Source: Moniliella sp. 'wahieum' (taxonomy: Eukaryota). From it: DNA of 64,000 nucleotides. The stretch is taken from NCBI GenBank assembly GCA_003971905.1, contig RSEE01000003.1, positions 1,240,001 through 1,304,000 of the forward strand. The letters run 5' to 3'. Shown piece after piece: positions 1 to 13,114 of this stretch; position 1 is the stretch's first letter, and each line of letters opens with the position of its first letter. Position numbers and translations under genes: made by a program. The notes beneath the pieces were generated by a model. It ran no database searches, was not told the origin of the DNA, and saw nothing but the letters and a program-made list of their open reading frames with translations.

Positions 1-1573
1 GCCCCAGGACAGAGAAAGACTTGGTTTGCGCCTCAATGTCGTACATATGGATCGATCCCCCCCGCGCACCGGCAATAATGTCTCGTCCATCTCCTGAGAA
101 TCGCACGCTGAATAGTGCCCCATCCATCCTCCTGCTGTAACCCCTTTGAGGACCCATGTCGAGCAGTACCTCTTCTCCCGCGCCATCGTCCTGCTTCATA
201 GGGTTATGGACTGGCTCCTCGTCATCGGGGGAGTACAATGCCCACTTGTTCGGTGTGTACTCAGGCGGATCTTCCTCGTCCAGGGGCGAAAACGCATCGG
301 TGGGAGGAGCCTCGGGGTGAACATAAGGTGCGATAGGTACCAAATGCACATACTGAGTGAGGGAGCTGTAAATCATCCAGTCGTTCTGCGACGACAGAGC
401 AGCATCGGTCAAAGTCCAAGCGACACGTTGCGTTGGCAAAAATGTCTTGCGCAAATCCATCGTTGTCAGCTGGGCCCCGCGTTCGTAGTGTTCGCCCGCC
501 ATCCACTCTGCAACCCCCACCTTGCCGTTCGGACCCCATGCTTGGACGCCGGGGGTAAATCCAGGCTGGGTCGCGTACAGGTGAACGCCAAAGGTCTTGG
601 TGCACGTCACTAAGAACGAACCATCGGCAGAGTATTGCGACACATACGGCATGTCGTTGTATAACGCCACGTCTCCCCCCCCGAATTGGGGATATAGGTG
701 GACAGATCAGGACGTCCCCATTCGTACCCCAACCCTGTGGCATGAGAACGAGCGTCGTACACCAGATTGGCCGGGTTGCTCGCCTCCCTAAACATAGAAC
801 TAGATGTGGTTGCCATCCTCCACCGCGACTTCAGCGTGGCCAAAGAATACTTCCCGGTTGCTTCCTCCCGTAGTTGTGCCTCCGTGGGTCCTGGCGGCGG
901 GGTTCATCCGTGAAGCGGGTCTCGAACGGAGAAGGCGTGCCGGTTTCTTTTAGAAAGGCATCCATAGCCAGGCCGCCTGAACCGGTCAGGCCCACTAACG
1001 AGTACAGGCTTGGAAAGGCAAGTACAAGAGCAGGATTCATCGGCACGTCTCCCAGCATGGCTGGGTAAATTTTGTTGGTCCAGTGGGGACGATGGGGAGG
1101 CTTGCAATCCAAAGGACTTTGTCAGTGCCAGAAAGATGTCAACGGGTGGAAAGAGTGCTTACCTTACCAAAGTCGCCGCTGAAACGGAGCTTCAGTCCCG
1201 CCCTCAGGGGCTGGGTGACCCGTGGTATCGAGGGTGGCACAACAGGTCCCATGTAGCCCCATGGGTCGTCTTCGTCAAGGTCATCGTCGTCATCGTCGTC
1301 GTCATCATAGTCATCATCGTCATCACCGATGTCATCCACCTGGTTAACGGAACGGCTTGATGCGTTGTTCCCATGGGATCCAGGATCGTCCTCAAACTGC
1401 TCATCATCGAAAGTCCGAGGGAAGAAGGGGATGTTTGCGACGTGGGGCGGCCGAAACACATCGGGGATGATGGGGCCGTCATGCGACATTGGGGACAGCA
1501 TGCCGCCCTTGGCTTCCATTAATGCGATCATCCGACGCCGGCGCGCCTCTTCGGACTGGGCGTAGAACTGCAT
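1..1573 (-). CDS. WD40-repeat protein, DCAF11/WDR23 (LEC14B)-like; 3' end runs off the window
   Basis: Manual minus-strand translation (not in the ORF track): PYVSQYSADGSFLVTCTKTFGVHLY...AWTLTDAALSSQNDWMIYSS, which resembles the WDR23 'YSGQFS.DG..F..C..DF.V..Y / WTITDA.LSPDN....YSS' region. Acidic N-terminus from ATG 1573; GTAAGC intron near 1160. Confidence 0.65.
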
Positions 1574-2417
1574 GATGAGGTGGTGGTGGTGGTGGTGGCA
1601 GGAAGCCAACAAGCACGGCCAGGCAATTCCGCCCGCCAATCCCGATGCCCAGAATGAGGTCTCAGAGATAGAGATGGGCTGAGCTCAGCAAATTTAAATT
1701 GTGCACGTCCCAATTTCACCTACTCGTATCGTCTATCGTCACCGGTCACCGGTCACCCACAAGTCGAGCGTACCATCCTGCCCCTCCAGTATTGATGGTG
1801 GGACCAGTTATCACGGAAGGCGGGGTGGTACTTTATCTGGTGGCTTGAGAGCCGGACAAAGACGAGGAGAACCAAATACTCAAGGAAACAAAGGATTGAA
1901 GTCGGCTTGTCTGATCGACCCGGCCCAGCACAGCACCAAGGGGCATGTGTGCCGCTAGGGTTGCGTCGCTCTTCCTCCCGAGACACACCCTATGATAACA
2001 CTGCCTCTATATAGTCTACCGTGATGATCGACCCTGGTGAGCCTCACAACTAAGGCAAATCAGAGAGAACGGCAAACAGTCCCTCTTAGCTTGGCGGGGG
2101 CCAGGCCGGCGTCACGCATGAGGCCGGGGGCCTGGTGGTAAAAACGGTGAGATGGCGCAGAGGCGTGTGGCGCTTTTTCTCGCTCGCGCGAAAGCGCATC
2201 GCTCTCTTTATATATATTGGGCTACCTCCAACACCCTAAAAGAAATAACATCCTCCTTTGCCATATTCCATCCTCCCCACCCCCACTTCCATCTCCATCT
2301 CCCCAGCACCTTCACAAAGACTGTATCCCCACCCGTTCCTTTCCTATATCTACCCCAACGTTCTTTTTTCAACCAGCAGCGACCGCACTAACGCCCCCCC
2401 CCCGACCCCCACTTACG

Positions 2418-3872
2418 ATGTTTAACGTTGCCGTTCTCCTGGCTACGGCGAGCCTCATGGCTGGCCATGCCTGTGCTCATGTTGGTGCGGGATTTCCCGG
2501 GCGTCTTGCGCCCGCGTTGCAAGCCGATGTGGCGAAACGTGGCATGCAGCGCCGCCAAGCGAGTTATAATGACCAGTCGTGGCAGACGATTACGGACGCC
2601 GCGACTGAGTGCAAGTATTACAACTACGCCCCGGCCTCTTCTTTCACCAAGGCCTTCCCCGCCAATTGGCAGATTGCCGACATCATGCCTGGTGACCAAG
2701 AGGCCCAATCGGTATGGGCTAACATCCAAAAGCAAGTAAATCCCCAACACGCCTCCCAAAGGGCAACCATCGGGGTCCCAACAGGGTACTCAGTATAACG
2801 CGGGAGAAGATCCTGATTGCTGGTGGACGTCATCGAAGTGCGTTCACCCCAAGGCCCCTGGAGTCCCCCCCGACACGTTTACGTGCGATGAGCCGGGTAC
2901 CTGGGGTTTAACCTTTGATGATGGTCCCAACTGCACCCACAACGCCTTTTATGATTTCCTCAAGTCAAAGAAACAAAAGGCCACACTCTTTTACATTGGC
3001 TCCAACGTACTCAACTGGCCGCTTCAAGCTCAACGTGGCCTGACTGACGGTCACCAACTTGCAGCCCACACTTGGTCTCACCACTACATGACGGCACTTA
3101 CTAGCACACAGGTATTTGCTGAGCTTTTCTATACCGTCAAAGCTATCAAATGGGTCACTGGTGTCACCGTGACCTCCTGGCGTCCGCCCTTTGGCGATGT
3201 GGACGACCGCGTCCGTGCGATTGCCTATGGGTTGGGGGCCTTGAGACTATCATCTGGACTGATGATACTGACGACTGGAATGTTGAGCCCCAAGGCTCTG
3301 TTGCCACCTCCCAAATCGAGGGCAACTATGCGTCGATCGTGAGCAAGGCCAAAGGCCCCGCCGGACAGACGGGAGGTGTGGTGGTCCTCACTCATGAAAT
3401 CAACGCAGACACCATGCAGCTGATGATGACTGGTGCGTTTCTCTCCGTCTCTCTCTCATGTATTTGAAGATTCATGGGACTCACGAACTAACTCTCCGTA
3501 TACGCAGAGTACCCCACGATCGCTGGGGCGTACAAGTACATCACCCCTGTGCATGTGTGCCAAAACAAGACCCAGCCCTACCGTGAGGCATCCTTTATTA
3601 CCCCAACTTTGAGCAGTACACAGGGGGAACATTATGCCTTCCGGTCTTCCCTCAGCCAGCGACATCACTGCCTCCTCCGTCGCCTCCATCGAGGTAGGCA
3701 TCGTGTCTTCCAGCTCTCAAGCTACCCTCCAACCCAGTGTCTCTGGATCGGGCGGAGGAAGAAAGCCGATGACCAGACCTCCAAGTCCGGTGATGTGACG
3801 CTTGTTCCGCTGGCAGGACTGGGCTCTGCTGTCCTCGCCGCCCTCGGCGGCGCTGCTGCCCTCGCCGTCTAA
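2418..3872 (+). CDS. Chitin deacetylase (CE4/NodB), secreted, probably GPI-anchored; frameshifted
   Basis: Signal peptide MFNVAVLLATASL. CE4 motifs TFDDGP, HTWSH, WRPPFGD, DTDDW and VLTHE. Ser-rich stalk and hydrophobic C-terminus LAGLGSAVLAALGGAAALAV. Confidence 0.9.
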
Positions 3873-4605
3873 AACGTTTTTGTATTCTCTGCTGTGGATG
3901 ATGGATTCTCTGCCGACACGATCCTGGCATACTTTGATGACCAGTTACCTGACCACTCTTTTTCCTTGCAACAAAACTGGACCTCGCACTGGGAGTAATG
4001 TTGACACCACGGCCGTTCAATTGATCCGGCATTCGCACTGTGCCCATCATCTTAATTTTTGGCTGGTATATATACACAGCCCTTATATTTTTTGCTCTTT
4101 TTCCTCTGCTCTAGTACTCTAGCAGGGGGCACATTTCCTCTTCTCATCCCCGCTGGCTTACGCTGCTCTTACTCTCCACGAGGACATTCATTTGAATGAT
4201 GGTTGCGCACGATCAGAAGTGAACAAACCCTTCACCATGCAGAGGTGTGAACAAGTGAACGTTGAAGTAGAGCTACTGCGGCGGGTGGATGACATAAGCT
4301 CGTGATCGCATAGCGGCGAGGGATGCATGATGCGTGGTGCATGGTGCATGATGGGGCGAAGGCGGGGGCGCAGGCGTTCTGGCGCAGACACGCGGCGCGT
4401 CCGCCCGGCACCCACCCGCCCTTCTTCCCCGGCCAGCACAGTCACTAGTCAGCCCTGGCGCTGTCTTGGGCGCCATTCGCGTCGCAGTGCGCTTGCTCTT
4501 CTTTTGCTCTTGCTGTTGTTCTTGCTCTTGCTCTTGCGCTCACGCCCATCCCGCCCTCTTCGCTCCCTTTATCTTTCCTTGCGTGCCCCACCCCTGTCCC
4601 TCGCC

Positions 4606-6635
4606 ATGGCGCCCAAGAACGCCGTTGAGGGCCAGATCTACAAGGCCACCTACAGCGGGGTCCCAGTGTACGAATGTGTTATCAACAATGTCGCCGTCAT
4701 GCGCCGCCGTGCCGACGATTGGCTCAACGCCACCCAGATCCTCAAGGTGGTGGGCTGGACAAGTCCCAGCGCACCCGCGTTCTTGAGCGCGACGTACAGC
4801 GCGATACCCACGAGAAGGTTCAGGGCGGGTACGGCAAGTACCAAGGTAGTTGGGTTCTGGCAGAGCGTAGGAGGGTGAAGTTGACTTATGGCCAGGCACC
4901 TGGATCCCTATGGAGAGTGCTATCAAGCTTGCTCACGTCTACAACATTGCTCATCTGCTCCAACCGATTACGAGCTACATGTCCAGTACCGCATCGGCCC
5001 CCCCGGCACCCAAGCATATCACCACTAGTACCACCAAGGCCAAAAAGGCCACCCCGGCTGTTGCCAAGGCTAAGCGCGAGCTTACAGCTGACTCGGATAG
5101 CATCGACCTTGATGCCTCCTCCCGTAGAGGCAACGCAGGAGGGCAGGCAGTCCATCCAGCTGTGAGCGATGGGAGCCTGAGTCCCTCGCCCAGTGAGGCC
5201 TCCAGCTCTTCTCGCACTCCTTCGCCGATGGATGCGGCGGAACCCTTTCTCCCGCGTGGCTCGGGCCTGGAGCCAGATCAGTATGGCCGCTTCCCCGGGA
5301 CGAGGTGGACAATGGGGCGCGCTATGCGGAGATTATCCTGGACTACTTTATCTCGGAGAGCACGACAGTGCCCCACTGCTTCTCACGCCTCCGCCGACTT
5401 TGACCCGAACATGTCGATCGACGATGACGAGCACACCCCGCTGCATTGGGCCTGTGCAATGGGAGGGTACGGGTTGTGAAGCTGCTTCTATCTGCGGGGG
5501 CGGACATGTTCCGTGTCAACACTTCGGGCCAGACGGCGCTGATGCGAGCGGTCATGTTTAGCAACAATTACGATCTTCGCAAGTTTCCCGAACTCTTTGA
5601 TCTTCTCCATCGCAGCATTCTCAACATTGACCGTTCCGACCGCACCGTATTCCACCACACGATTGACCTTGCGCTCAGCCGTAGTAAGCCACATGCTGCC
5701 CGGTACTACCTCGAGACGATGCTCACGCGTCTACGCGAGTACGGCACGCAATTGGCCGAGATGCTCGACTTCCCCGACGATGAGGGCGAGACAGCACTGA
5801 CCATGGCGGCGCGTGCCCGATCCAAGCGTCTGGTACGCATCTTGCTCGAATACGGCGCGGACGCCAAGAAACCCAACCACGAGGGCAAGTCGGCGGAGGA
5901 TTATATTGTGGAAGACGAACGGTTTCGTGTGTCTCCGCCTCGGACGGAACCTGTGGCAGCCGTCAAGATTGCCCCGCTTCCTTCGCGAGCACATGTAGGT
6001 GAGGCAGCGCAGCGAGCTGCAGATCAGGCGGGTTCCATCGCCTCCAACCTAACTGCACTGGCGGATGCGTACGATGCGGAGCTGGCCGAGTCGGACCGGA
6101 TGCTCTCGCAAGCTCAGGCGTTGCAGGCCCAAATCTCAACCGAAACAAAGGAGAACGCAGGGTGCTTGAGACACTGGCCCAACGTGTCAAGGAGAGAGGG
6201 GCCCTCGAAGCACGGGGCCATGTCGCGCCACGTCTCCAGGCAGCCGTGGTCAAACGCCGGGCAGAAACTTTGGCTCGGTCCTATGCGTCCTTGCGGGCTC
6301 GCTCCAAACGTCTTCGCACCGATGGTGGACGTTCGTCTCTACTCCCGATGCGGCCCCGGGCACAGTGGAAGCCTTCCTTCAGCCTCCAACAGACTTGGCG
6401 ACCGACCTGGCAGGGCTCGGGACGAGGTTCTTCGCGCCCAAAAGGCGTGCTGGGCTGCAGAGGCTAGCTACTGCGATGCAGCTCTTGCTGCACAGGGCAC
6501 GGGGCCTGCTATGGCCGCCTACCGCCGGTTGATCTCCCTCTCTTGTGGGGGAGTGCCGGTAGAGGGGTGGATGCGGTGGTAGGAGCATTGGGTAGCATGC
6601 TGGACCACTCTGGCGAGGCACCGGCGGCCATATGA
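4606..6635 (+). CDS. MBP1: APSES/KilA-N plus ankyrin cell-cycle transcription factor (Mbp1/Swi4/Res family)
   Basis: [31 protein letters not shown] and [13 protein letters not shown](TW). Ankyrin repeats [20 protein letters not shown] and [10 protein letters not shown]. Confidence 0.9.
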
Positions 6636-7939
6636 AGCTTCCAAGCTCCCGGTTTCAAGCTATAAGATTACTCATGCGGGAAAACTTGAGAATAAGGAGG
6701 GGTGGTCCTTGGTAGGGATCGTTCCTGGTGAAAGGGATTGTGGTTGTCATCGATGTGGGATGCCGTGATTTCCCAGCTGGGGCTCGGAGGAATTCCCCGC
6801 TAACAAGAAGAGACTGGATTGAAGGGGTTGCAATAACCCCCCTCCTCTGTAACAGAGCATCTATTGAAGCCGTTTCGGTCTAGATTCGAGTTCTGGCAAG
6901 AGAGAGGTGGGGAGGGGGCAATGGGGATGACGTTGGTCCGATCGTCGGAGGATCAGGACGATGGGGGGGGAGGTTGGTATAGACCAGCGATCAGATCCCC
7001 GATCTCAGATCTCACTACGCCCGTTGTCCGGAGTACAATACAATTAATACGGACCCCACATATTCATCACCATCACCTCCTGCATCACCTGCATCACCAG
7101 CGTGACCGCCACTGCTCTCTTCTCTGCGTTTGAGTGCCAGCCCCAAACAGCCGAATGCGTGGCTGTGGCCGAACCCGGGCCGGGGGCAAAGGCGTGCGAT
7201 GCTGGCCACAGACATGATGCATGAGCGTGACGCGTGATGGCCGGTGACGATCGATGAGAGGATGGTGATCATGACGAAATGTGTGGCAGCTGTCGATGAC
7301 GGTGCGATGTGAGATTGGTTGCTTCGTAGGACGGCGTTGTCCGCGAGGGATCCTAGTCCCACCACGCATCACCTCGCACCGGGCCAACCTGGCTGCGTCC
7401 ATTGCAGGCGTCGAATGGCGACGCCGTGGTCTGGCCACACCAGGTGTAGCTCCGGCACTGCACCACGCCCCTTGTGCCCGTCCTTCTGTCTCTCTCTTGC
7501 GGCACAGCGCATTGAGAGAGCCATTATATCATGGGCCGTCGCGTACAACAGAGAATTATCGCCCGCCCGAATCTCAGCGGCATGTTGAGGCGCAGCCGCC
7601 CGTGCGTGGATGCGCGCCCCGCCCTCCTGCCCGCACTCTCTCGCTGCCCCGAGCCCAGCGCCTGGGGCGGGGTGCCGGTTAGCGGGTAGCGTCCGTGCCC
7701 CATGCCAGCCAGCGTGCCCACGCAGTTGTGCTCCCCCAGCACGTTCAGCCTGTGCGCACCAGCTCCGATCCACATCCCCAGCGCATGACGTAAGTCCCCC
7801 GCACACTGGCGCCCTCTTGCTTGCACCATCCGCCGCGGGCCAATATATATACCCCCCCACCCCTCTTCCTCATCCGTGGGGTTTCTCTCCCCATATACTA
7901 CCTGACCTGCCCGCACAGCCACCGCACCAGCCCCCAACC

Positions 7940-9091
7940 ATGCGCTTCTCCCCCATCGTCCGCTCCATCCCCCCCTCCGCCGGGCACGTCCCCCTACCCC
8001 GGCCAAGTCCCGCGCCCCCCTCATCGCGGTCGTCGCCGCCGGCGCAGCAGCAGGCTATTGGTACTACACTGAGCCTGCGCGGCAGGTGCGTCACTCTCTC
8101 CCCCCCCCTGGAAACTCTGACTAACGTTGAGCACGCCCTCCCCCCCAGGCACGTGCCCAGGCTGAGGCGGAAGCTAAGGCTCGCGAAGCCCAGTCGGCCC
8201 TGACGAATGCGTGGCAGGACACCAAGAGTGCCGTGGCACGGGATGCATCTGCCGCATCCGACTGGGCTTCTAGCACGGCCCCTCTGCTTCGGGGCGGGTG
8301 AGCCAAGATGTCAAGGCAGCTGGTGCCTCGATTCAGAATGCCACTTCGTCCGTTACGGATGCAGTGGGGGACAAGTGGAAAGACGCGCAGAACAAGGCAG
8401 AGGATGGGCGGAGCAGGCCCAAAGCTCTTGGTTCTCCTTCCAGCGGGGCTCAGCAAAAGGCCGACGAGGCCCAGAAGAAAGTCGAGGACCAGGCCAGCTC
8501 TTTCTCCAGCCGCGTGTCCAATGGCCTAGCTGCAGCCTCGGATCAGGTCACGTCCACCGCCCACGCTGCCGAGGACAAGCTCAAATCCGCCGCGTCTGCC
8601 GCCACCAACTCGGTGCGAGGTGCGTCTGACGATGCGAAGAAACAAGCTGAGGAACAGGCTGAGAATGCCAAGGGTGCCTGGTTTTCGCTCTCTAGTGACG
8701 CTCAGCAGAAGGCCAAGGAGGCGCAGAGCAAGCAGAGGCAGAGGGCCATTCACTCAAGGACAGCGTATCCCAGGGGTGGAACCGTTTCTTCCCACGTTAC
8801 GAATGACGTGTCTGCGGCCGGGGAGACACTGAAAAATGCAGCCACGAGCGTGAAGGATACGGTTACCGGAGCTTCGACCGAAGCTCATCACGCGCCCAGG
8901 AGGAAGCAGAGAACCAAGAACTCCTGGTGGTCGTGGGACAGGATGTGAAACAGACCGCTTCGGATGCCGGTACCGCAGCCCAGAACACCCTGTCTTCCGC
9001 AACGGAGCAGGCCTCAGCCACCGCCCAGGGTATTGACCAGAACATTCACTCCGAGCAAAAGAAGAGCTCGTGGCTCCCTTGGAAAAACTAG
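7940..9091 (+). CDS. LEA-like hydrophilic repeat protein with an Arg-containing N-terminus
   Basis: Ala/Ser/Lys/Asp/Gln-rich helical repeats (AQQKADEAQ, AQQKAKEAQ), recurring W-F/W-S motifs, ends KSSWLPWKN*. Intron near 8086-8148. Confidence 0.55.
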
Positions 9092-9528
9092 GTCGGCGCC
9101 CCCCGAGACACTACGGTTGGTGCATTTGTGTGCGGACCATTAGTATGATTGCCCACCGTCTCGTATAAAAATGCGTACAGTAATGGATCGATTAATCGTA
9201 TTTGGGGCGTAAGGACGGCGATTGGATGTGAAGATTCTAGATCCAGGTCATGGTTAGGTGCGTTCGCGCGGCAGGCGTTGTAAGAGAACGAGGAGACCAC
9301 CGGGCCTACGGCCCGTCGCTGGGGCTTCGCCCCAGCTTGGTACTTGGTCGCCACCTTAGCCACCGTTCCACCGTCGCCACCTTAGCCACCGTTCCCCCGG
9401 TCCACCGTTCCACGCTGGAAAGACGAAATAATATCACCGATGCTTGCTGGCAGCGGGTGGCGTTGAACGTGGCACGGGGCAGGCTGATGTAAAAGTGCAC
9501 GATCAATCCTTTTTGCGTATGACATAGG

Positions 9529-9917
9529 ATGAGGTTGTGCTGTGGACTCTTGTCATGCATCATGCTCTCCACCATCGCATCTGCAGCGGTGGGGGTGATA
9601 GTCGAAGCCGACCAACGGCACCTACAGGGACGTCGTCAGCAGGCGCCACGGGTCCGGCGGCGGAACGAGGAAAACAGAAGCGGGATTGAATTCGTCGCAG
9701 CACCTAAGGCTGAAGTTTGAAAGAGAGGGACTATCAAGGGATCTTTGGGCCAGAAGCACGAGTCTTCACCACGGGGCTCGACAACTGGTTGAGCTGTGAA
9801 CCATGCGAACCGGTCCACCTCAACCCTGAGCTCAGGAATCAGTACTCAGTTCTGGTTGATGAAATCGTCGAGACCAGGCCGCAGATATGCAGGGGGGAAT
9901 GGGGCGCTGTGGCCTGA
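9529..9917 (+). CDS. Putative small secreted protein (two ORFs joined across a probable frameshift)
   Basis: Signal-peptide-like MRLCCGLLSCIMLSTIASA, dibasic RR sites, and abutting ORFs 9529-9720 and 9717-9917. Confidence 0.3.
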
Positions 9918-10137
9918 GGGCATGCCTCAGCGATGGGATGGAAGAGCGGCATATTTTGCGGTTGAAGTGGTTGCGTTTGCTGGCGGCGGGGCGTTGCTGA
10001 CCTAAGCGAGCACGGCCCACGGGGGCCATGTGACGAACTCTGGCTGGTTATTAAACGGGGGGTTCGATGTTCGCCAGCGGTCCTCGCCTCAACGTTCAAC
10101 ACTTGTCCCCGTTTCCTCCCACGCCGCCGTCGATACA

Positions 10138-10963
10138 ATGGCCTCTGCCTTCCGCACTGCTGGACGCAAGATCGTCGCGTACGTCGCCTTCCCCCCCCCC
10201 ATGCTCTGCTGACCCATGTCTAAGCATCGGACGCAACTATGCCGACCATGCCAAAGAGCTGGGCAACGCGGTTCCCAAGGAGCCCTTCTTCTTCCTCAAG
10301 CCCACCACCTCCTACGTCGACACCCCCGGTGGTGGAGATCCCGCAAGGCGTCAAGGCTCATTACGAAGGTGCGTTCATTTCCATCCCCACCCTCTGTCTC
10401 TGCCTCTGCCTCTGCTGCCTCCTTCTCCTGCTTGCGCCTTGTGTGACCAATGATCTGACCTCCTCCCAGTCGAGCTGGGCGTTGTGATTGGCAAGACGGG
10501 GCGGGACATCCCTATGGCCAAGGCTAATGAGTACATTGGTGGGTACACCTTGGCCATCGACATGACGGCGCGCAACCTACAGGACAAGGTCAAGGCCAAG
10601 GACTCCCTTGGAGCGCGCCAAGGGCTTTGACACGTTCACTCCGGTCGCTCCTTATCTGCCTGTGAGCGCCATTCCCGACCCTCACAATGTGCGTCTCTGG
10701 CTCAAGGTCAATGGGGAGACGCGCCAGGACGGCGTAAGCAAGGACATGATCTTCTCCATCCCGCGGCTTATTGAACACGTGTCTTCCATCATGACCCTCG
10801 AGGTGGGCGACTTGCTTCTCACTGGTACCCCAAGGGGTGGGACAGGTTAATCCCGGTGACGAGATCACCGCCGGCCTCGAGCCCTCAGGCACCGGGCAAA
10901 GTCCTGTCCGAACTCAAGTTCGCCGTGCAGCAGCGCCAAGGCGGCTACGTCTTTAGCGACTAA
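10138..10963 (+). CDS. Fumarylacetoacetate hydrolase family protein (FAHD1/Fmp41-like)
   Basis: [54 protein letters not shown] and [13 protein letters not shown]. Two GT-AG introns. Confidence 0.92.
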
Positions 10964-11584
10964 GCAGCGCCAGGGTATGTGGCGTTTCTATAGCATTGCC
11001 CTCCCCGATCTGAAGAGAGTGGGACATCGACCGATTGATAACCATGTTAATCAGGCCAACAGATGCACAAGATCGCCCTGGGTGGCGTCTGCTTCTCTTT
11101 ATTACCCTTGTAGTGTGTACATTTGTTTACACTAAACTTGCGAGTCCGGGCGTTGGGTTTCAGAGTGAGTTTGGCTGGCTACCCACGCTGCATCAATCTC
11201 CCCGCTGTAATGCCCGGGCGGCCTCGGGATTCGGCTACGACAACCGAAGTGGTATTCCAACTTCATTGGACGCTGGAACTAAAGGCCCTGCGCCCCTGAG
11301 CATGAGACTTTTTCCCTTCATTCGCGAGATTGGAAGGTGTCACTGACTGATAGTTGATTCGAGTGAGTACTGACATGGGGGCGGGGGCGGGGGTTCGATT
11401 CTGGCATGTACAGGCATGGTCTCGAGATGAACACAATGGCTCACTCCCAGTCCAAGCCTATAGCCGCGCAACGCGCATGATTCCTTGATGCTCTGAACAC
11501 TGTATGACTGGCCCTGTCGCGTATTTTCTCCGGTACGGCATGCCAGCCTCTCCATCCCGTTAGCGTAAGAGCAACACTGTAGAT

Positions 11585-12614
11585 TCACGTAGGCTTCTTG
11601 CCGTCCTTGGGCTTGGCCCGCCCCCATGCTACTCGCACCTCCTTTTCATCGAGATGAACTTTGACTGCGGCGCGCAGCGCGGCGGCCTCGGCATCGGCTC
11701 GGGTTTTGAAGTTGACAAAGGCGCATTTGGACGCCTTGACCAACGTGATGCTTCGAATCGATTCCGGGCGAAGGGAAGGGGTCGTGGTGACAAAGTAGGT
11801 CCGGATCGTATCCTCCGTCGTAGCCTCCGCCAAGCCCGAGAGGAAAAGGGACCGGATACTCTTATCCTCCGGCGGACTGAGACCCATCTGTTCTTGGTGC
11901 CGTCCCAGCATCTTCTTGGCTGCTGGATCGTTCTTGCCAAAGTACCGATCCTTCATATTATGTCGCCCGCCATCAACCTCCTCCTTGGTCTGAGGCAGTT
12001 CGTGCAGGTAGGGACAAGCGTCCCGCGGTTGCAGGTTCCCTTGGCAAAAAAGGAGCAAAGGTGCGGACGGTTGCGCTTGTACCCAGGACCGGCATGGGCG
12101 CGCGCCGAAAGCTCCTTCAGCAACTCGTGGCCGGCGCCGCGGTGCTTCGATCCAGAGATAGCGAGCGCACGTTGTCCCGGTGCCTCTAGTGCCTCCCTTC
12201 CCTCGGAAGCGCCGCACTGCCCCCCAGCTGGTCCTCGATCCCTTGTACATAGTACTGCGTGTTGGTCGTGTTGCCCGACGGCATGGCCGTCTTCATCCCC
12301 AGCGCCGCATCGCGTACCTGCACCGGCAGCCCGTACTCCAAGTCTAGCAGACACGTCTGACACACATTCTTGATCTTTGCACAGGTCGTACAGATCTCTG
12401 TCCGCTTTTGCCGCATCCCGGCCCCAGGCGTCCAGCGGAACATGGTAAATGTCCGCTCGCAAATCTGCACGCGCCGTCAGTTCCAATTCGCCACCACGAA
12501 GACAGGAGAACGTACCTTGCACTCCCCACCGTCAGCCTGCTTGCTCATCCGTACATACGGGTTCGGACCCAGACACGTCTCGCACAGAATGGGCATGTCG
12601 GGCACATCGGTCAT
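11585..12614 (-). CDS. SLT11: Pre-mRNA splicing factor Slt11/Ecm2/RBM22
   Basis: [49 protein letters not shown] finger [12 protein letters not shown], and an RRM (SLFLSGL, CAFVNF). Confidence 0.93.
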
Positions 12615-13031
12615 CTTGCTCGAGACGATGGTGGTGGCGTCAGGTCGAGCTTGCTCCGACGATTCGCCGTCTAGTTTTTTCGTTCGAGGCCCAGGACACG
12701 AGGGGAAATTGCAATTTCAATATGACCACGTGACCGGACTCAGTTCCCGTCTGCGCTCCTACGGATGGGAGGCCACGAGATAGATGCGCTGTTGTGCGGG
12801 CTATTCGACTGTACTGCAGCAATATGCGGCTTGACGTGTTGACGAAGCCAAGGTGGTTCATGATCAACAGATGGACGCCATGCCTGTAGTCAAGAATGAT
12901 TTGAAGAGTATATGAGCTGTGGAGTGTCTGTGGAATCAAGAGAGTGTGAGAGAGAAAGAAAACGAGAATATTGAAAAAGGCACAATATCAGAGAGAGAGC
13001 CTTCGGTGTGACGGGGGGATGGTGGAGAGCA

Positions 13032-13114
13032 GAGGGATGAGGGATGAGGGATGAGGGATGAGGGATGAGGGATGAGGGATGAGGGATGAGGGATGAGGGA
13101 TGAGGGATGAGGAT
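13032..13114 (+). repeat. (GAGGGAT)11 tandem repeat plus a partial copy
   Basis: Eleven perfect 7-mers counted directly, 13032-13108. Confidence 0.97.

Noticed and set aside
2020..2140. GTGATGA plus a GC hairpin as a possible snoRNA
   Set aside because: No matching D box or guide sequence identified; it sits in a divergent promoter region.
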